Shown here: positions 1 to 14,294 of the stretch, one piece after another
Numbering within the stretch: position 1 is the first letter of the stretch
How the letters are laid out: every line of letters begins with the position of its first letter
Origin: Neocallimastix sp. 'constans'
Lineage: Eukaryota
Direction of reading: 5' to 3'
DNA length: 64,000 bases
Assembly (NCBI GenBank): GCA_050613775.1
Contig: JBODTK010000001.1
Location: 558,001 to 622,000, forward strand
The notes under the pieces: generated by a model
Database searches by the model: none
Seen by the model: only the letters and a program-made list of their open reading frames with translations
What the model was told of the DNA's origin: nothing
Translations under genes and position numbers: made by a program

Positions 1-3000
1 TTTATTTTATATTATTATTTATTTTATATTATTATTTATTTTATATTATTATTTATTTTATATTATTATTTATTTTATATTATTATTTATTTTATATTAT
101 TTCTTTACTATTTCCACATAATTTTTACTCTCTATTATTGTTTGTTACTTCTATTGACAAGTAAAATGCATTAAAACTATTTTTAATTTTTCATTCTTCT
201 TTTGTTAATTTTCATCTATTCAATCATTTAAAATTTTATTGGTATCAATGAAAATTGTACTCATCTGTTGCCTCAACTTTTTTTTTTTTTTTTTGTCATC
301 CAAAATTTATTTTCTTTTCTATTTTATTATAAAAATAATAATTAATAATAATTAATAATAATATTTATTTATTTATTATTTCATTATTTTTTTTATTATT
401 ATTTCATTATTTATTTAATAAAAACTTTTTTATTATTATTTCATTTCATTATTCAATTCTTAATTATTTTATTATTTATTATTTTATTATTCAATTATTC
501 AATTATTAATTCTTAATTATTCCACAATGTTTTTATTTTTATTTTTATTTTCTCAGAGTATCATTATTTCTAATTAAAATTAAATATATATATAATTAAA
601 TATATATATATTATACAATATATAAAATGTATTATTTAAAATTAATATATAAATAAATAATAATAGAAACAAATTCAGCATAGCGAAGGTATGCCTATGT
701 ACTACTTAATAACTACAAATATAAATATTTTATTCAAGAGGAAAAGGTTATTGAATAGAAGGAAGGTTTTCATTGCCTTTTTGAATAATTAAAATAAAAA
801 TATAAAAATTTATTTTGATATTATATATATATAAAAAAAAAAAAAAAAGAATAATAAAATTTTATTATTCATCTCTTTAAATCCCTACCTATAAAAAATT
901 AACAATATGCAGATTTATAGGATAATATTTAACAATTTCATAAATAAATAAAAATTATTTTTTATATTATTTATTTATTTATTTAATTAAAATTTATTAA
1001 TTTATTTATTTAATTAAAATTATTTATTTTTTTATTTATTTATTTTTTTTGTTTTTAGAATTTTTGTGTTTTTGGAAAAGACACAACATAAATTATAATA
1101 ATTAATAATTAATAATTAATAATTTTTTATATAAAAATTTAAAATTTAAAATAATTATATAATAATAAAATGAAACTCTTTTTTTTTTCATTCTCTTTTA
1201 TATATTTTTTGTATCCTTTCTAAAGATTAAATACGTTAAATGCATTTTTATTTATATTTAATAAATACATTAAATAAAATAATGGATGGAAAAAAAAAAG
1301 ATAGGAAAGGGAAAGGAAAAAAAACATTAATTATTATTATTATTATTATTTTTATTATAATTTATTATAATTCTAAAAGTTTATAGTAATGAGTTTATTT
1401 AATAGATATTCTCTCTTCTTTATATAAACATGAATTCTTTATTATAAATTCTTTATTTTTTTATTATTTGTTTTAAATTATTAAATCTTTATTATTATAT
1501 CTTTATTATTGTATCTTTATTATTAAATTTTTATTATTATATCTTTATTATTGTATCTTTATTATTAAACTTTTATTATTATATCTTTATTATTAAATCT
1601 TTATTAGTTATGATTATTTTCTTAACTCCTGTAGTTCGTTAAAATCTTTATTATTTATTATTACTTTTTATCTCCTATTTTTTAATAAATCCATATATTT
1701 TATGACTTCATAATTCATTTTATTCTTTATTGTAAGCTTCTTGACTAATCTTTATTATGAAATATTTTAAATTGTTCATTTAATCTATTCTTCATTATAT
1801 AATTTTTATTATTTAATATAACTTTATTCTTTTTTTTTTTTTTTTTAAATTATTAAATCTTTATTATTTATTTATGATTGAATATGCCATCATTGATTAT
1901 TTGTTATGAATTTTTTATTATTTACTATTGATTAGTAAAACAAGATTATTAATTATTGAATTTTCATTTATAAAAAAAATTTATTAAATCGTATTATCTA
2001 TAATTTATTATGAAATAGGGTTTTGTTTTATATCTTATAACATATTAATGAAAGACAGTATCATTTAATGAATAAATAGTATATCTATTCTATATATTAA
2101 CACATGAATAATAATTAACATCTTAAATTATAATCTATATCTATTTATATATTCATTAAACTTCATAATTAACATGATTTATTGGAGTATTTATTATGGA
2201 ATAGACTACTGCTATTAGATATCAATATATTGCAAGTGTACTATACAATTGATTAATTATTATAATTACTTAAACTTTAATTTATAGTTTAAATCTTAAT
2301 TTATATGAATTTCATCCATCCATTATGGATAAATCATGGTCCATAATAAATAATTAAATTATTGAATAATTAAATAATAAATAATAATAATAATAAATAA
2401 TTAAATAATAATAATAAATAATAAATAATAAATAATAAATAATAAATAATAAATAATAAATAATAATAAATAATAAATAATAAATAATAAATAATAAATA
2501 ATAAATAATAAATAATAAATAATAATAATAAATAATAAATAATAATAATAAATAATTAATAATAAATAAGTAACTAATAATAATAATAATAAATAAATAG
2601 TAAATAATATATAATAAATAATAATATTTTTATTATTATTATTAATAAATAATAATAACTATATTAAATAATAAATAATATTTTTATTATTATTAATAAA
2701 TAATAATCACTATATTAATATAAATAATAATAATAATAATAATAATTTGAATTCTTGCTGATTAAATGTTTTACCTTCCATTGTATAGGGTACAGTATAC
2801 TCCACTTGCTAATTAAAAAAATATTAATAATGTATACATTTCATGTATTACATTTATCATTCAATTAATATAATACTGTTTGGTTGTTGAATTAAATTCA
2901 ATAGAATATTAAAAAAAAAAAAATTCATATATTTACAATTCCACGTTAAAATGTTTTTTTTTTTTTTTTTTTTTATATATATATAATATTTAATATTTAA

Positions 3001-5159
3001 TATTTATTTAATGTATATGATATATAATATAATTTTTAAAATATATTGCTATTATATATACAAATATTTTAGTTTTTCAAGTCATTTATTATATATTTAA
3101 TAATTTATTAAAGTCATTGTCAATAATAATAATTTGATTCAAATTTATTAATAGATTCATAATAAATAAGAGTATATAATAGATTTACAAAATGAATAAA
3201 ATCAAATATATTTTAATATATGCATTTAATTATTGATAGTATAATAAATGATATATATTTGTATTAGAATTGGATTTAAATATATATATATAAAAAAAAA
3301 GATACCCAAATTCTAATTTTATAATAATAAATACTATTAAAACTATTAAATTTAATTTCTTTAATTATTGATAAATTTGTTAATTTATATAATTATTATA
3401 ATATAATTAGTATTATATATTTTAAATATATTAAATATATTATTTTCCAATATCAATTCTTTATTTTTATTTTTTTTTATTTTATTTTGGAAATTAATAT
3501 TTATAATATTAATAATTATTATTATTATTATTCTTTTTCATTTATTTAATGTTATATATATTTTATTTATTAATAAAATATAATTAATATATATTCATAT
3601 AATTATTACTTCATTAGATAATATTATAATATTTAATAATTATTTATTTATTAATATATTTATTCATTTATTTAAGTCATCCTTAATAATAATACATATA
3701 TTATTTATATCGATATTTATATATATATTTATATAATTAATTTTTTTTTTTAAAAAAATAATTTTTATTTTTTATTTTTTTTAGTTTTAAAATTTTTTTT
3801 TTTTTTTTTAAAATATTTATTTATGTATTTATTATTATTATTATAAAAATAGATTGTTATTATTATATAATAATTTAATTTTTAAATGTTCGAACGTTTG
3901 GAATAAAATCAGTATATTCCTTATTCACATTTCGTTTTTTTTTTTTTTTTTTTTTTATTTTTTTTTCAATCATTGTAAATTAATCGAGAAGAAAGAAAAA
4001 AAAAAAAAAAAAATTCAATGAAATAAATATCGGATATTATGCTTTATATATAAAGATGATAATAGAATTTAATATATAATAATAATTTTAATAATAATAA
4101 TAATAATAAAATATATATATATGTAAACAATTTATTTAAGTTTAAATAGAATAATAATATAAAATAAACAATAAATAAATAATTAATTAAAAAAAAAAAA
4201 AACAATAAACAAACTATAGTTATTGAAATCAAATAAAACAGTAATAAAAACGTTACTTATATATTTAATTTAAATTTATTTATAATCAACTATTACAATT
4301 CAACGATGTAATTATCTATAATTTTATTATTATTATTATTATTATTAAAATTAGTGATTTCTTAAATTTGTGGATAAAGACAAAAGCTATGGAACAAAAC
4401 TTTCATTGGAAAAAAAAAACTTAAATTTAACAAAAAAAAAAAAAAAAATAATAAAAATATACTATATATATTATAATAACTTTATATCAATACAAAAGCG
4501 TATATTTTTTATACATTTAATATACAATTCTTCAAAAAAAAAAAAAAAAAAAGCATAAAAAGATATATAACATTTTTATTTAAAGGCAAAATTATATCAA
4601 TTAAAGAAAATTAAAATTTCATTTTTAAAAAATTAAAAATACTATACAATGGCAAAAAAAAAAAAGTTACAATGTAAACAAAAAAAATATATATATATCA
4701 AAAAAAAAATAATAATTGTTTCTTTGTTTAAAGTTAAACACATTTATATGAAATTTTTGTAGGATATAAACATTATTTATATATTTTCAGACAACAAAAC
4801 AAAAACGAAAAAAGTAAACAATAAAAAATCATGAAAATAAAAAAAAAAATACTTTATCTTTATATTTCAAGATTTATATATATATACATATATTTATTTT
4901 TATAATATAATAAAAGCTAACAATATTATATATATAATGAACAACAATAACAATACTATATGAATTTTACATATCTACAATATTACTTCAATAAATTGAA
5001 TTTATTAGTAATAAAATAATATTATAAACGAAACTTCAATATATCAAAATATCCACAATTTAAAAATTACTTTCTTTAGTAATAAAGAATTAATATATAT
5101 AAGATAAATATTAATATAAATTATTATCTATTCATTTTTAATACCAAAATTAAAAATAG

Positions 5160-6663
5160 GGAACAAGTTATAGATTATGATTGGATTGAAATAAATGATC
5201 CACAATCTTCAAGATCCTTTTATGCTAATATTAAAAGTGGTGAATGTTTATGGGAAAGACCGGCTAATGCAAAGATGTAAGTATACATTTTATTAAAAAT
5301 ATATGTGAATTTTTACTTTGCTTTGATATTATATTTTTGTTAATAATAATTAAATAAACATAAAATTTAATATAAATATTATAAATTATAAAATTAAAAA
5401 CAAAATTATAGAAAAGAAAAAGATAGTAATGGTGATGAATGGTGGGAACTCTTCGATAATAATCATGGTTTAGTAAGTATTTTATAATACATAATATAAA
5501 TAAAATAGGATAACATAGTTTGATACAATATTTGATATAAAGATTTTTATTATAAAAATATATATTAATTTAAAATTTACTAAATTATTATTATATTAGC
5601 CATACTATTATAATTTAAAAACTAGAAAAACCGAATGGAAACGTCCAGAAAATGGTATAATAAATATATTTTGTATTATTAGTCATATTATATACAGTTT
5701 AAACTATTTTTTATAGTTTTTGAAATAATCGTATGGTAAAAAATTAATTAAAATTTATTAAATAATTTAAAATTAAAGTTACTATTATTCCCCTTATTGC
5801 AATTCAAAATACAACTCTTGCAGTTTCTATGCAAATGAGGCTTCAAAAAGGTGGAAGTCAAATGAATAATGAACCAATGGTAACTTTATTATTATTATTA
5901 TTGTTATATATATATATTAAAAATAAAAACTTTATACTCATTCTATATTTTGTTATATATATATTTATATTTTATAAATTTATTATGAATATTTTTCATT
6001 AATTTTTATTTTTTATTATTAATTTTTCAAATTAACATTTTATTTTTATTCAAAATGGGAATGTTTAATATCTTTGGGAAACTTTTAAACTATTTTTTAA
6101 TAAATAAATAAATAATAATAATAACAAACAAATCAATCAATAAATATTAATGAATTTAAATAAATTAGGAACCAAGTCCATCATTTGATCAAAATCAACA
6201 AAGACCAGTTCGTATTGATAATACATCACCAAAATCTGCTAATGCAGCTATGATCGGTAGAACTCAAGGCATTAGTAGTCCAGTAATTAATAATGGTAAG
6301 AATCAAATTTATCCCATTTTTTATTTATTTATTAATAATTTTGAATAATAATAATATTATTAATAATATTTTAATTATTAATTATATAATTAATAATATT
6401 AAAATAATTATAATATTATTTATTATGATAATATATAAATATAATATTTTTTTATATTATACTTATATGCAATATGTCATATTTGGATAAATTTTAAATG
6501 ATAATAAAATCGTTATATTTGATGACAATTCAATAAAAAAAAATTTATATATAAAATAATGATGCTGATATAAAAAATGTAAAATAATTTATTATTAATT
6601 AACGATAAATTTATAATGATAATAATGATAATGATATTAAAATGATGTAATAATTTAAATAAA

Positions 6664-6719
<56 letters not shown>

Positions 6720-7663
6720 ATAATAATACTAATAATAAATAAAAATAATAATAATATTGATATAATTATATATATATTGATAATTTATTAATTATATAAA
6801 ATAAAATAAAACAAAATAAAATAAAATAAAAGCTATGGCTGACCAAATGAATCCAACTCATCCAATGAATCGTCCTGCCTTTGAAACTCCAACTTTACCT
6901 AATGATCTTAAAGACAATATAAGTCAATTCCAAATTGAAGGTTTTGCTCAACAATACTTTATGGATCATAGAACAGGTATATTTAGAAGAAAGGTACCTA
7001 TTGAAAAATTATTAGTTTGGTCAAAGGATGCTATTAAAGAACCATTAATGGTTTTAAATAAGGAATTACAAAAGGAATCTCCAAAATGTTATAAATTAAT
7101 TCAAAGAATTATGGGTGATCGTGGTCCAATTGGTCAATCTGAAGATATTCAAGCATTATTAGAAAAGGGTATTATGAATGGTCAGTTAAGAGATGAAATT
7201 TATATTCAACTTTGTAAACAGTTGACTCGAAATCCATCTCCAGAAAGTTTAATGTTAGGTTGGCAATTAATGGCCGTCATTGTTATTAGTTTCCCACCTT
7301 CAAAAAATTTTGAAAGTTATTTAGTTCAATTCATTCGACAATACTTTGAAAGAGAAGTCGCCGGTCATCCATCAGCGGATCCAAATCAAAAACAAACTCT
7401 TTTTACTATCATTGCTCACTGTCATAAAAAATTACTTAGAATATGTCAAACCGGTCCTAAGGGAAAGGTTCCAACCATTAATGAAATTGAGAGAGGAAAG
7501 GTAAAAAAATTTTTTTACTATTTAATCTTATTTAATTTAATTTTTTTTTTTATTTTTTTATTATTTTTTTATTATTTTATCTTATTTAATTTTATCTTAT
7601 TTAATTTTATTTTATTTAATTTTATTTAATTTTATTTAATTTTATTTCTATTTTTTTCTATAC

Positions 7664-7694
<31 letters not shown>

Positions 7695-9169
7695 TAATTT
7701 TATATTATTTTATTTTATATAATTTTATTTTATTTTATTTTTTTTTTAATATATATCAAAATTAATATTCGATTTTATTTTATTTTAAATATTAATATAT
7801 TATTATTATTATCATTGTTATCTCATTTATCTCATTTATTTATTTATCCTGTAATTAATAGGAAGCACCATTTAAACCATCTGTATTTGGTGAAACATTA
7901 CAAGATATTATGATCGTTCAAGAACAAAAGGCACCTCATTTAAAAATTCCTTTAATTATGGATTTCTTAGCTAAATCAGTATTAGAACTTAATGGTTGTC
8001 ATACTGAGGGTATTTTCAGAGTAAGTATATATATATATATTTTAATAACAATATATATTTTTTCTTAAAAAAAAAAAAAAAAAAAAAAAAAAGAATATTT
8101 TTAAAAATAGAAAATATATTCTTATAAAATATAATGTAATATTGTGTTTATTAAAATTAATAGGTACCAGGAGATGTTGATATGGTTACAGGTAAACTAT
8201 ATACACCTATATATATTAAAAACGATTAAAAATTTTTTTTGTATTTTTATAAAAACTTTATATTTGTAATTAAACAAAAAAAAAAAATAATAATTAATTT
8301 ATAAATATTTAATAATATTTAAAAATATTAGAATTAAGATGTAGAATTGATCAAGACCAATATAACTTAGGAAATATTAAAGGTATACCAAAAAAAAAAA
8401 AAGTTTATATATTTTTAATAAATTAATATTTTATTACTATTATTATTATAATTATTATATGATAATAAAATATATATTAAATTATTTTTATTATTTTTAT
8501 TATTATTATTTATTTTATATTATTTATTTAATTTAAAAAAAATTTAAGATCCAAATGTACCGGCTTCTTTATTAAAGTTCTGGCTTCGTGATCTTGCTGA
8601 TCCATTAATTCCATCAGCTAATTAATATCCTTTTTTTTATATAATATATATATATATTTTTTGTAGAAATATTATTTATAATTATAATTGATGTTATGTA
8701 GTGATTTTGGTTTTTTTTTTTTTTTTTTTGTTACGGTATTATTTATCCTTAACCGATAGGTTTACTCAAGAATGTATTGATGTAGGTGCAAGAGAAGGTC
8801 AAGAAGGTGCCACGGAAGATGCATGGAAAATTGTTAAGATACTACCAGAAACTAATAGAAGAGTAGTGAACTATATGATTAATTTCCTTAGAGTAAGAAA
8901 ATTTGAAAAAAAAAAAAGAAAATGAAAATAAACATAATATATACTCTTTATTATTATAAAATTTTAATAATCAAATTAATATTAAATTATATCTTAATAT
9001 ATAAAAATTTAAAAATTAAAAAAAAAAAAAAAAAAAAAAATTATAGATTATCGCTGATCAAAGAAATCAACCAATAACTAAAATGACTTTAGCTAATTTA
9101 GCTATGGTTTTCGCACCAAACTTTTTAAGATGTCCAAGGTAAAGAATAAATAAAAAAATAAAGTCAAAT

Positions 9170-9208
<39 letters not shown>

Positions 9209-9434
9209 ATAAATTAATTAAATATTGAAATATTTTTAATGTATGATTATTATATGATATTTAATATATATATATATATTTATATAAAATTATTTTTTTT
9301 ATATTATTATTTTTATTAGTGATAATCTTACAACCATCTTTGATAATACCAAATTCGAACAAGCATTCTTAAGAATTCTTATATTGAATGGATCTGATTT
9401 AGATGATCCAAATGCTCCAATACCATCAGAATAA
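5160..9434 (+). CDS. ARHGAP39: ARHGAP39/Vilse-like Rho GTPase-activating protein (WW-WW-MyTH4-RhoGAP); multi-exon, start exon unresolved
   Basis: Exons read manually with consistent phases: 5160-5276 (YDWIEINDPQSSRSFYANIKSGECLWERP, WW1), 5412-5472, 5600-5654 (WWELFD..PYYYNLKTRKTEWKRP, WW2), 5779-5879, 6169-6295, 6833-7500 (MyTH4: LRDEIYIQLCKQLT..GWQLMAV..FPPS), 7862-8020 (VFGETL..TEGIFR), 8164-8191 (VPG), 8332-8382, 8549-8624 (ASLLKFWLRDLADPLIP), 8766-8892, 9047-9138 (KMTLANLAMVFAPNFL), 9320-9434 (TAA). All introns are GT-AG except 8625-8765 (AT-AC). Confidence 0.88.
8625..8765 (+). other. U12-type (minor spliceosome) AT-AC intron
   Basis: 5' splice site ATATCCTTT at 8625, branch site TCCTTAAC at 8746-8753, 3' end ...TTTAC at 8765. 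Removing it restores PLIPSAN-Y-QECI in the RhoGAP domain. Unspliced reading hits TAA at 8623-8625 with no nearby GT donor before it. Confidence 0.92.
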
Positions 9435-9684
9435 TTTTTATTTTTCTTTTTATGAAATATTAATTTTAGGAGTTTTCCTACAAAATATAAAATAAAAAAT
9501 AAAAATAAAAAATAAAAATAAAAATTAATAAAAAAAAAAAAAAAAAAAAAAAAAAGGAAAAAAAAAAAGGAAAAAGAAAAGAGAAGAGAGAATTTTATGT
9601 ATTTCTTTCTTCAATTTTTTTATTTTTTTATTTTTTTATTTTTTTTTTTTTATTTTTTTTTTATAATTATTATTTTGTTTTATA

Positions 9685-9730
<46 letters not shown>

Positions 9731-9868
9731 TTTTTGTATAAAATTTTTTTGTTTTTATTTTTTATTCTCGAATTGTTATAAATAAATCTTAAATAAAATA
9801 TCTTTTATTATTATTTTATTCTTCATTATTACTTATTTTAATTCAATATCTTTAAATTTTTTTTTTTT

Positions 9869-9902
<34 letters not shown>

Positions 9903-9917
9903 AAATAAATCGATTTA

Positions 9918-9950
<33 letters not shown>

Positions 9951-10592
9951 AACTAAAACTAAAACTAAAAATGAATAAAAAAAATAAAAAAAAAATAAAC
10001 TTTAATAATTAAAAATTTATACAATTAAAGAAAAAAAACAAAAAAACAATATAATCAACCAAAAAAATAAAAATAAAAATAAAAATCAGCAAACAATAAT
10101 AAAAATAATAAAAAAAAAAATATAATATAATAAATAAATAAATAAATAATATTAATTTTTAATAAACAAATATTAAAAATAATATTAAACTAATAAAAAA
10201 AAAAAAAAATACGACAAAACAAAAATCCAAAGATTAAAAAAAAAAAAAAAAAAAAAAAAAATCAAATAAAAATAAAAGGAAAAAAAAAATCAAATACAAA
10301 AAATAATATCAATGTTTAAAAAAATAAATATATTTATATAGATGAATTCATGATATATCGATATTATGTAAGAAAAAAAAAAAAAAGATTAAAAATTATA
10401 TATATATATAAAATTAGAATTAATAGATATATTACCTTTTTTAAGATATATATATAGATATATATATAATATTATATTAATAAATAAATAAATAAAAATA
10501 TACTTTAAATAAAGAAAGAAAAAATAATAATAAATTTTATAAAAAAAAAAAAAAAAGAATTTATATATATATTTATATATCAAATTCAACCC

Positions 10593-10630
<38 letters not shown>

Positions 10631-10918
10631 TTTACAATATGATATAAAAAAAATAAAAAATAAAAAATAAAAGTAAAATATTTATAAATAAAAAAAAAAA
10701 AAAAAAAAAAAATATTAATAACATATGCTTATATATATTGTGTGTATTTAAAGGTTTAAAAATTTTTAGTTATTATTCGATTAAAACCATTTTGAATAGA
10801 CAAAAAAAAAAAAAAAATTTTTTTTTTATATTATATTATTTTATTTTATTTTTTTTTTTTTTAAAAAAATAATTATTTAATCCTCAATGATATGGACTAT
10901 TTTTCTAGGTCCATGTAA

Positions 10919-12535
10919 AATAAGTGTTGTGGTGGATTATTTGCTGATGATATTGTATTATTAGCTCCTACAAAATCTTCACTTAAAAACCTTTTGAATA
11001 TTGCTCATGATTGGGGTATTAAAAATGAAATGACCTTTGGAATCAATAAATGCGCTACACTAGTTGTTAAACCAAAGAATTTTATTCCTTCAAGACATTA
11101 TGAAAATCCTACATTTAGACTTGGTATGAACTATATACCAAGCACTAATCAATATACATATCTTGGTATACCTTTTAATGAATCGTTGGATTTAAAACCT
11201 ATTATTGCTAAGATGAACAGTATAATTAATTATACAGTTAACTCTTTCTTTAGATTTTTAACCAATAGGAATGTTCCTTTCTACTTTAAAACTCGTATAC
11301 TAGTTTCTTTTGTCCTTAGTTCAGTTCTTTATTATGCTCCCTTACTTGGTTCAAATAAAAAGAATACTGAAAAAGCTCAAACTGCTTTTAATCGAGGTTT
11401 GTATTGGAGTTTCGGGTTTAAAAATAAAACCTCCAATACTTCAATTTACAATATGTCTAAGGAACTTTCTATACCTCCTATAGCTAGTTTTTGTGCTAAG
11501 GCGATGATTCGATGCTTTAAAAAGTGGAAAGATTCTTCTTGTATTATTTCTCATTTAGTCAAAAATATACCTACACTTTCTCACTATTCATGGACGAAAA
11601 AAGCACGGAGTTTAGCAGTACACAAGCACAGTAATAAACTTCCTGGAGAAATAAGGAAGTTTTACTGGGAAAATATTCATTATTCAAGCACTCCTGCGAT
11701 TAGATCTACAAAATACAAGAAATTTAAATTTGGTTTTAAAAAATTTATTCATCGTCTATCACTTAAATATTCACAATTTTCTCTTGGATTTTTTTGGATT
11801 GGACGAATTAAATGTGGATTCAAATTTGATGTAAAAACGTATGTTAAAAGTAATCTAGTATCAGAAAATTGCCCAACATACTGCCCTTGTTGTGGTGAGA
11901 GTAACAGCATACCTAGTTTTACACACTGGATACTTTTATGTCCTAAATTTGAAGAATTTAGGCAACATTTCATTCCCTTTGTTGATGAAATTTTTATTAA
12001 TTTTTCTCTAATTGTTCATGAGAAATCATTGAACATTCCTGATGATAAAGAGGAAGATTTTGATGATAATATCAATTTTTACGTGCTGTGTATCCTTCTT
12101 GGCGGAAATGCAGTATTTGAAATCTTAAAGATCGGCTCGGGGGAAAGAAGGCGACTTATTAATAATATTTTTCAATCACCTTCGAACGAGTCTTCTTTCC
12201 CGATTTCATTTTTTGTGGGGCTTGCGGAATTCCTTACTAACGTTATGCCTATTGTGATTGGTGATTTTTACACCATGATCGATTTGTATAGTGTTAGACC
12301 TACCGTTGTCAAGAGTGTCGACGTCGTAACGATAAGGCAAAGAAGAAATTCTGATACAGATTCGAATGATAATTTTCATCCACATGGGGTTATCTTCGAT
12401 GAATGGGAAGAGTTAGAGGCCTTTTCGTCCTCGAAGCTCATAACGTAGTTTTTTAATATTAATATAAAAAAATTTCATGTATTTAAATTTCATGTATTTT
12501 TTAAAAAAATATTATTAAATAAAGTTTATTCCTAG

Positions 12536-12576
<41 letters not shown>
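10919..12576 (+). mobile_element. 5'-truncated non-LTR (LINE) retrotransposon: C-terminal RT half plus zinc-binding domain, poly(A) tail
   Basis: Frame is open from 10919: KCCGGLFADDIVLLAP (RT catalytic motif), FGINKC, YTYLGIPF, and a C-terminal CPCC..HWILLCP zinc motif. Stop at 12448, then 3' end AATAAAGTTTATTCCTAGTCT followed by poly(A) at 12539-12576. Confidence 0.9.
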
Positions 12577-12578
<2 letters not shown>

Positions 12579-12599
12579 TAAAATGAACTTGAGATTATT

Positions 12600-12859
12600 T
12601 TTAACAAAATCTGGGAAGGTTTTTTTTTTTTCCCTAATGAATTAGGAACTCTGCATCTATTGTTGTTTCTATTTCCAAAGAAAAGGTCGATCTTTCTAAA
12701 TTGTAATAATTTTTTTTTTTTTTTTTTTTTTAGAGATATCGCTCTTATCAATGGCAGTCTTTAAAAAAAAAAAAAAATTCAAACAAAAATCATTACTGAA
12801 TAGAAATCTTTACCTAATTTTTTTTTATTAGACCTGAACCAATTTTGGTTATTCCCAAT

Positions 12860-12893
<34 letters not shown>

Positions 12894-12922
12894 ATCAGTT
12901 TCTCCACATTTCTAGTAGAGAA

Positions 12923-12963
<41 letters not shown>

Positions 12964-13247
12964 ATCAGTCTTTCTACATTTCTAGTAGAGAAATTTGTTA
13001 AAAAAAAAAAAAAAAAAAAAATTTCAAAGTGTTCCATATTCACCTAGGTAGCTTTTTTTCTTAATCTTTAAAAAAAAAAAAGCCTATCACTCTATTCTCA
13101 TGTTCATTTTCATCAACATTCTTAATAAAAAATATATATATATATATATATATATTAACCTTGATATTCGTTAACTAAGTTTTTTTTTTTTTTTTTTTTT
13201 TTTTTGATTTCATTTTTAATCTCTTCCCTTAACTTCTAAAAGCTAGA

Positions 13248-13303
<56 letters not shown>

Positions 13304-13391
13304 ATTTCATTTCTAATCTCTTCCCTTAACTTCTAAAAGTTTTGATTTCATTTCTAATCTCTTCCCTTAACTTCTAAAAGCTAGAGCTCTC

Positions 13392-13437
<46 letters not shown>

Positions 13438-13491
13438 TTGATATCCGTAACAAAGGTTTTTTTTTTTTTTTTTAACCTTGATATCCGTAAC

Positions 13492-13522
<31 letters not shown>

Positions 13523-13585
13523 AACCTTGATATCCGTAACAAAGGTTTTTTTTTTTTTTTTTTTTTAACCTTGATATCAGTTAAC

Positions 13586-13600
<15 letters not shown>
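12600..13600 (+). pseudogene. Heavily decayed LINE reverse-transcriptase segment with internal tandem duplications
   Basis: Frameshifted remnants of RT motifs occur in the expected order: SIVVSI..KG-DLS-NCNN (12657-12710), R.IALIN (12732), IRPE.FG (12827), ISxREIC-like (twice, 12891-12999), KAY.S (13080), NL.IR.K and DFISNL..TSKARA modules repeated. All are interrupted by long A/T runs. Confidence 0.7.
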
Positions 13601-13631
<31 letters not shown>

Positions 13632-14044
13632 TTATTTTACTTAATCTTTTACATACATTTTATTTTTTTTATCTTTAAATTTATATAATTTATTTATTTA
13701 TATATTTTTTTTAATAAATGTAATAAGACATAAAAATATATTCATTTATTTAATAAAGTACTGGAAGTGTATTCTTTTCCTTGTTTTAAAAAAAAAAAAA
13801 AAAAGTCATAATAGATTATTTAAATTTTAAATGAAAAAAAAAGTATATCATGTATATTTAAGGATATACAATATATACAATATATATTAATATAATATTA
13901 TAAATTTATAAATTTATATATTTATTTATTTATTCATTCATTTATATTTATATCTATAATCCTATCATATTTTCTTTCTAAAATATATAAAAGAAAATTT
14001 TTATTACATTTTTAACTTCATTTTAATATTTTATTCTTATTTTT

Positions 14045-14205
14045 ATTCTTATTGTTACTATTCTTATTATTACTATTCTTATTATTACTATTCTTATTAT
14101 TACTATTCTTATTATTACTATTCTTATTATTACTATTCTTATTATTACTATTCTTATTATTACTATTCTTATTATTACTATTCTTATTATTACTATTCTT
14201 ATTAT
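14045..14205. repeat. 15-bp tandem repeat (ATTACTATTCTTATT)n, about 10 copies, just downstream of the RING gene stop
   Basis: Directly visible; explains the spurious ORFs 14023-14211 and 14052-14321. Confidence 0.9.
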
Positions 14206-14294
14206 TTTCATTTTTTATTATATTCGTTTTTTTATTTTTTTTTTTATTTTTATATTATATATTATATATACTATATATATATACATATATATAT

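Noticed and set aside
2180..2812. Partial inverted similarity (GCAAGTG..TATACAAT at about 2232 versus ATTGTATA..CACTTGC at about 2780-2809)
   Set aside because: Too short and gapped, with no TSD; cannot support a TIR element.
8701..8925. ORF/exon beginning at the AG acceptor 8758-8759
   Set aside because: No compatible GT donor exists before the in-frame stop at 8623-8625; the AT-AC intron explains the junction better.
13150..13600. CRISPR-like direct repeats (TTAACCTTGATATCCGTAACAAAGG)
   Set aside because: The spacers are just poly-T, there are no cas genes, the context is eukaryotic, and the repeat translates as a LINE RT fragment.
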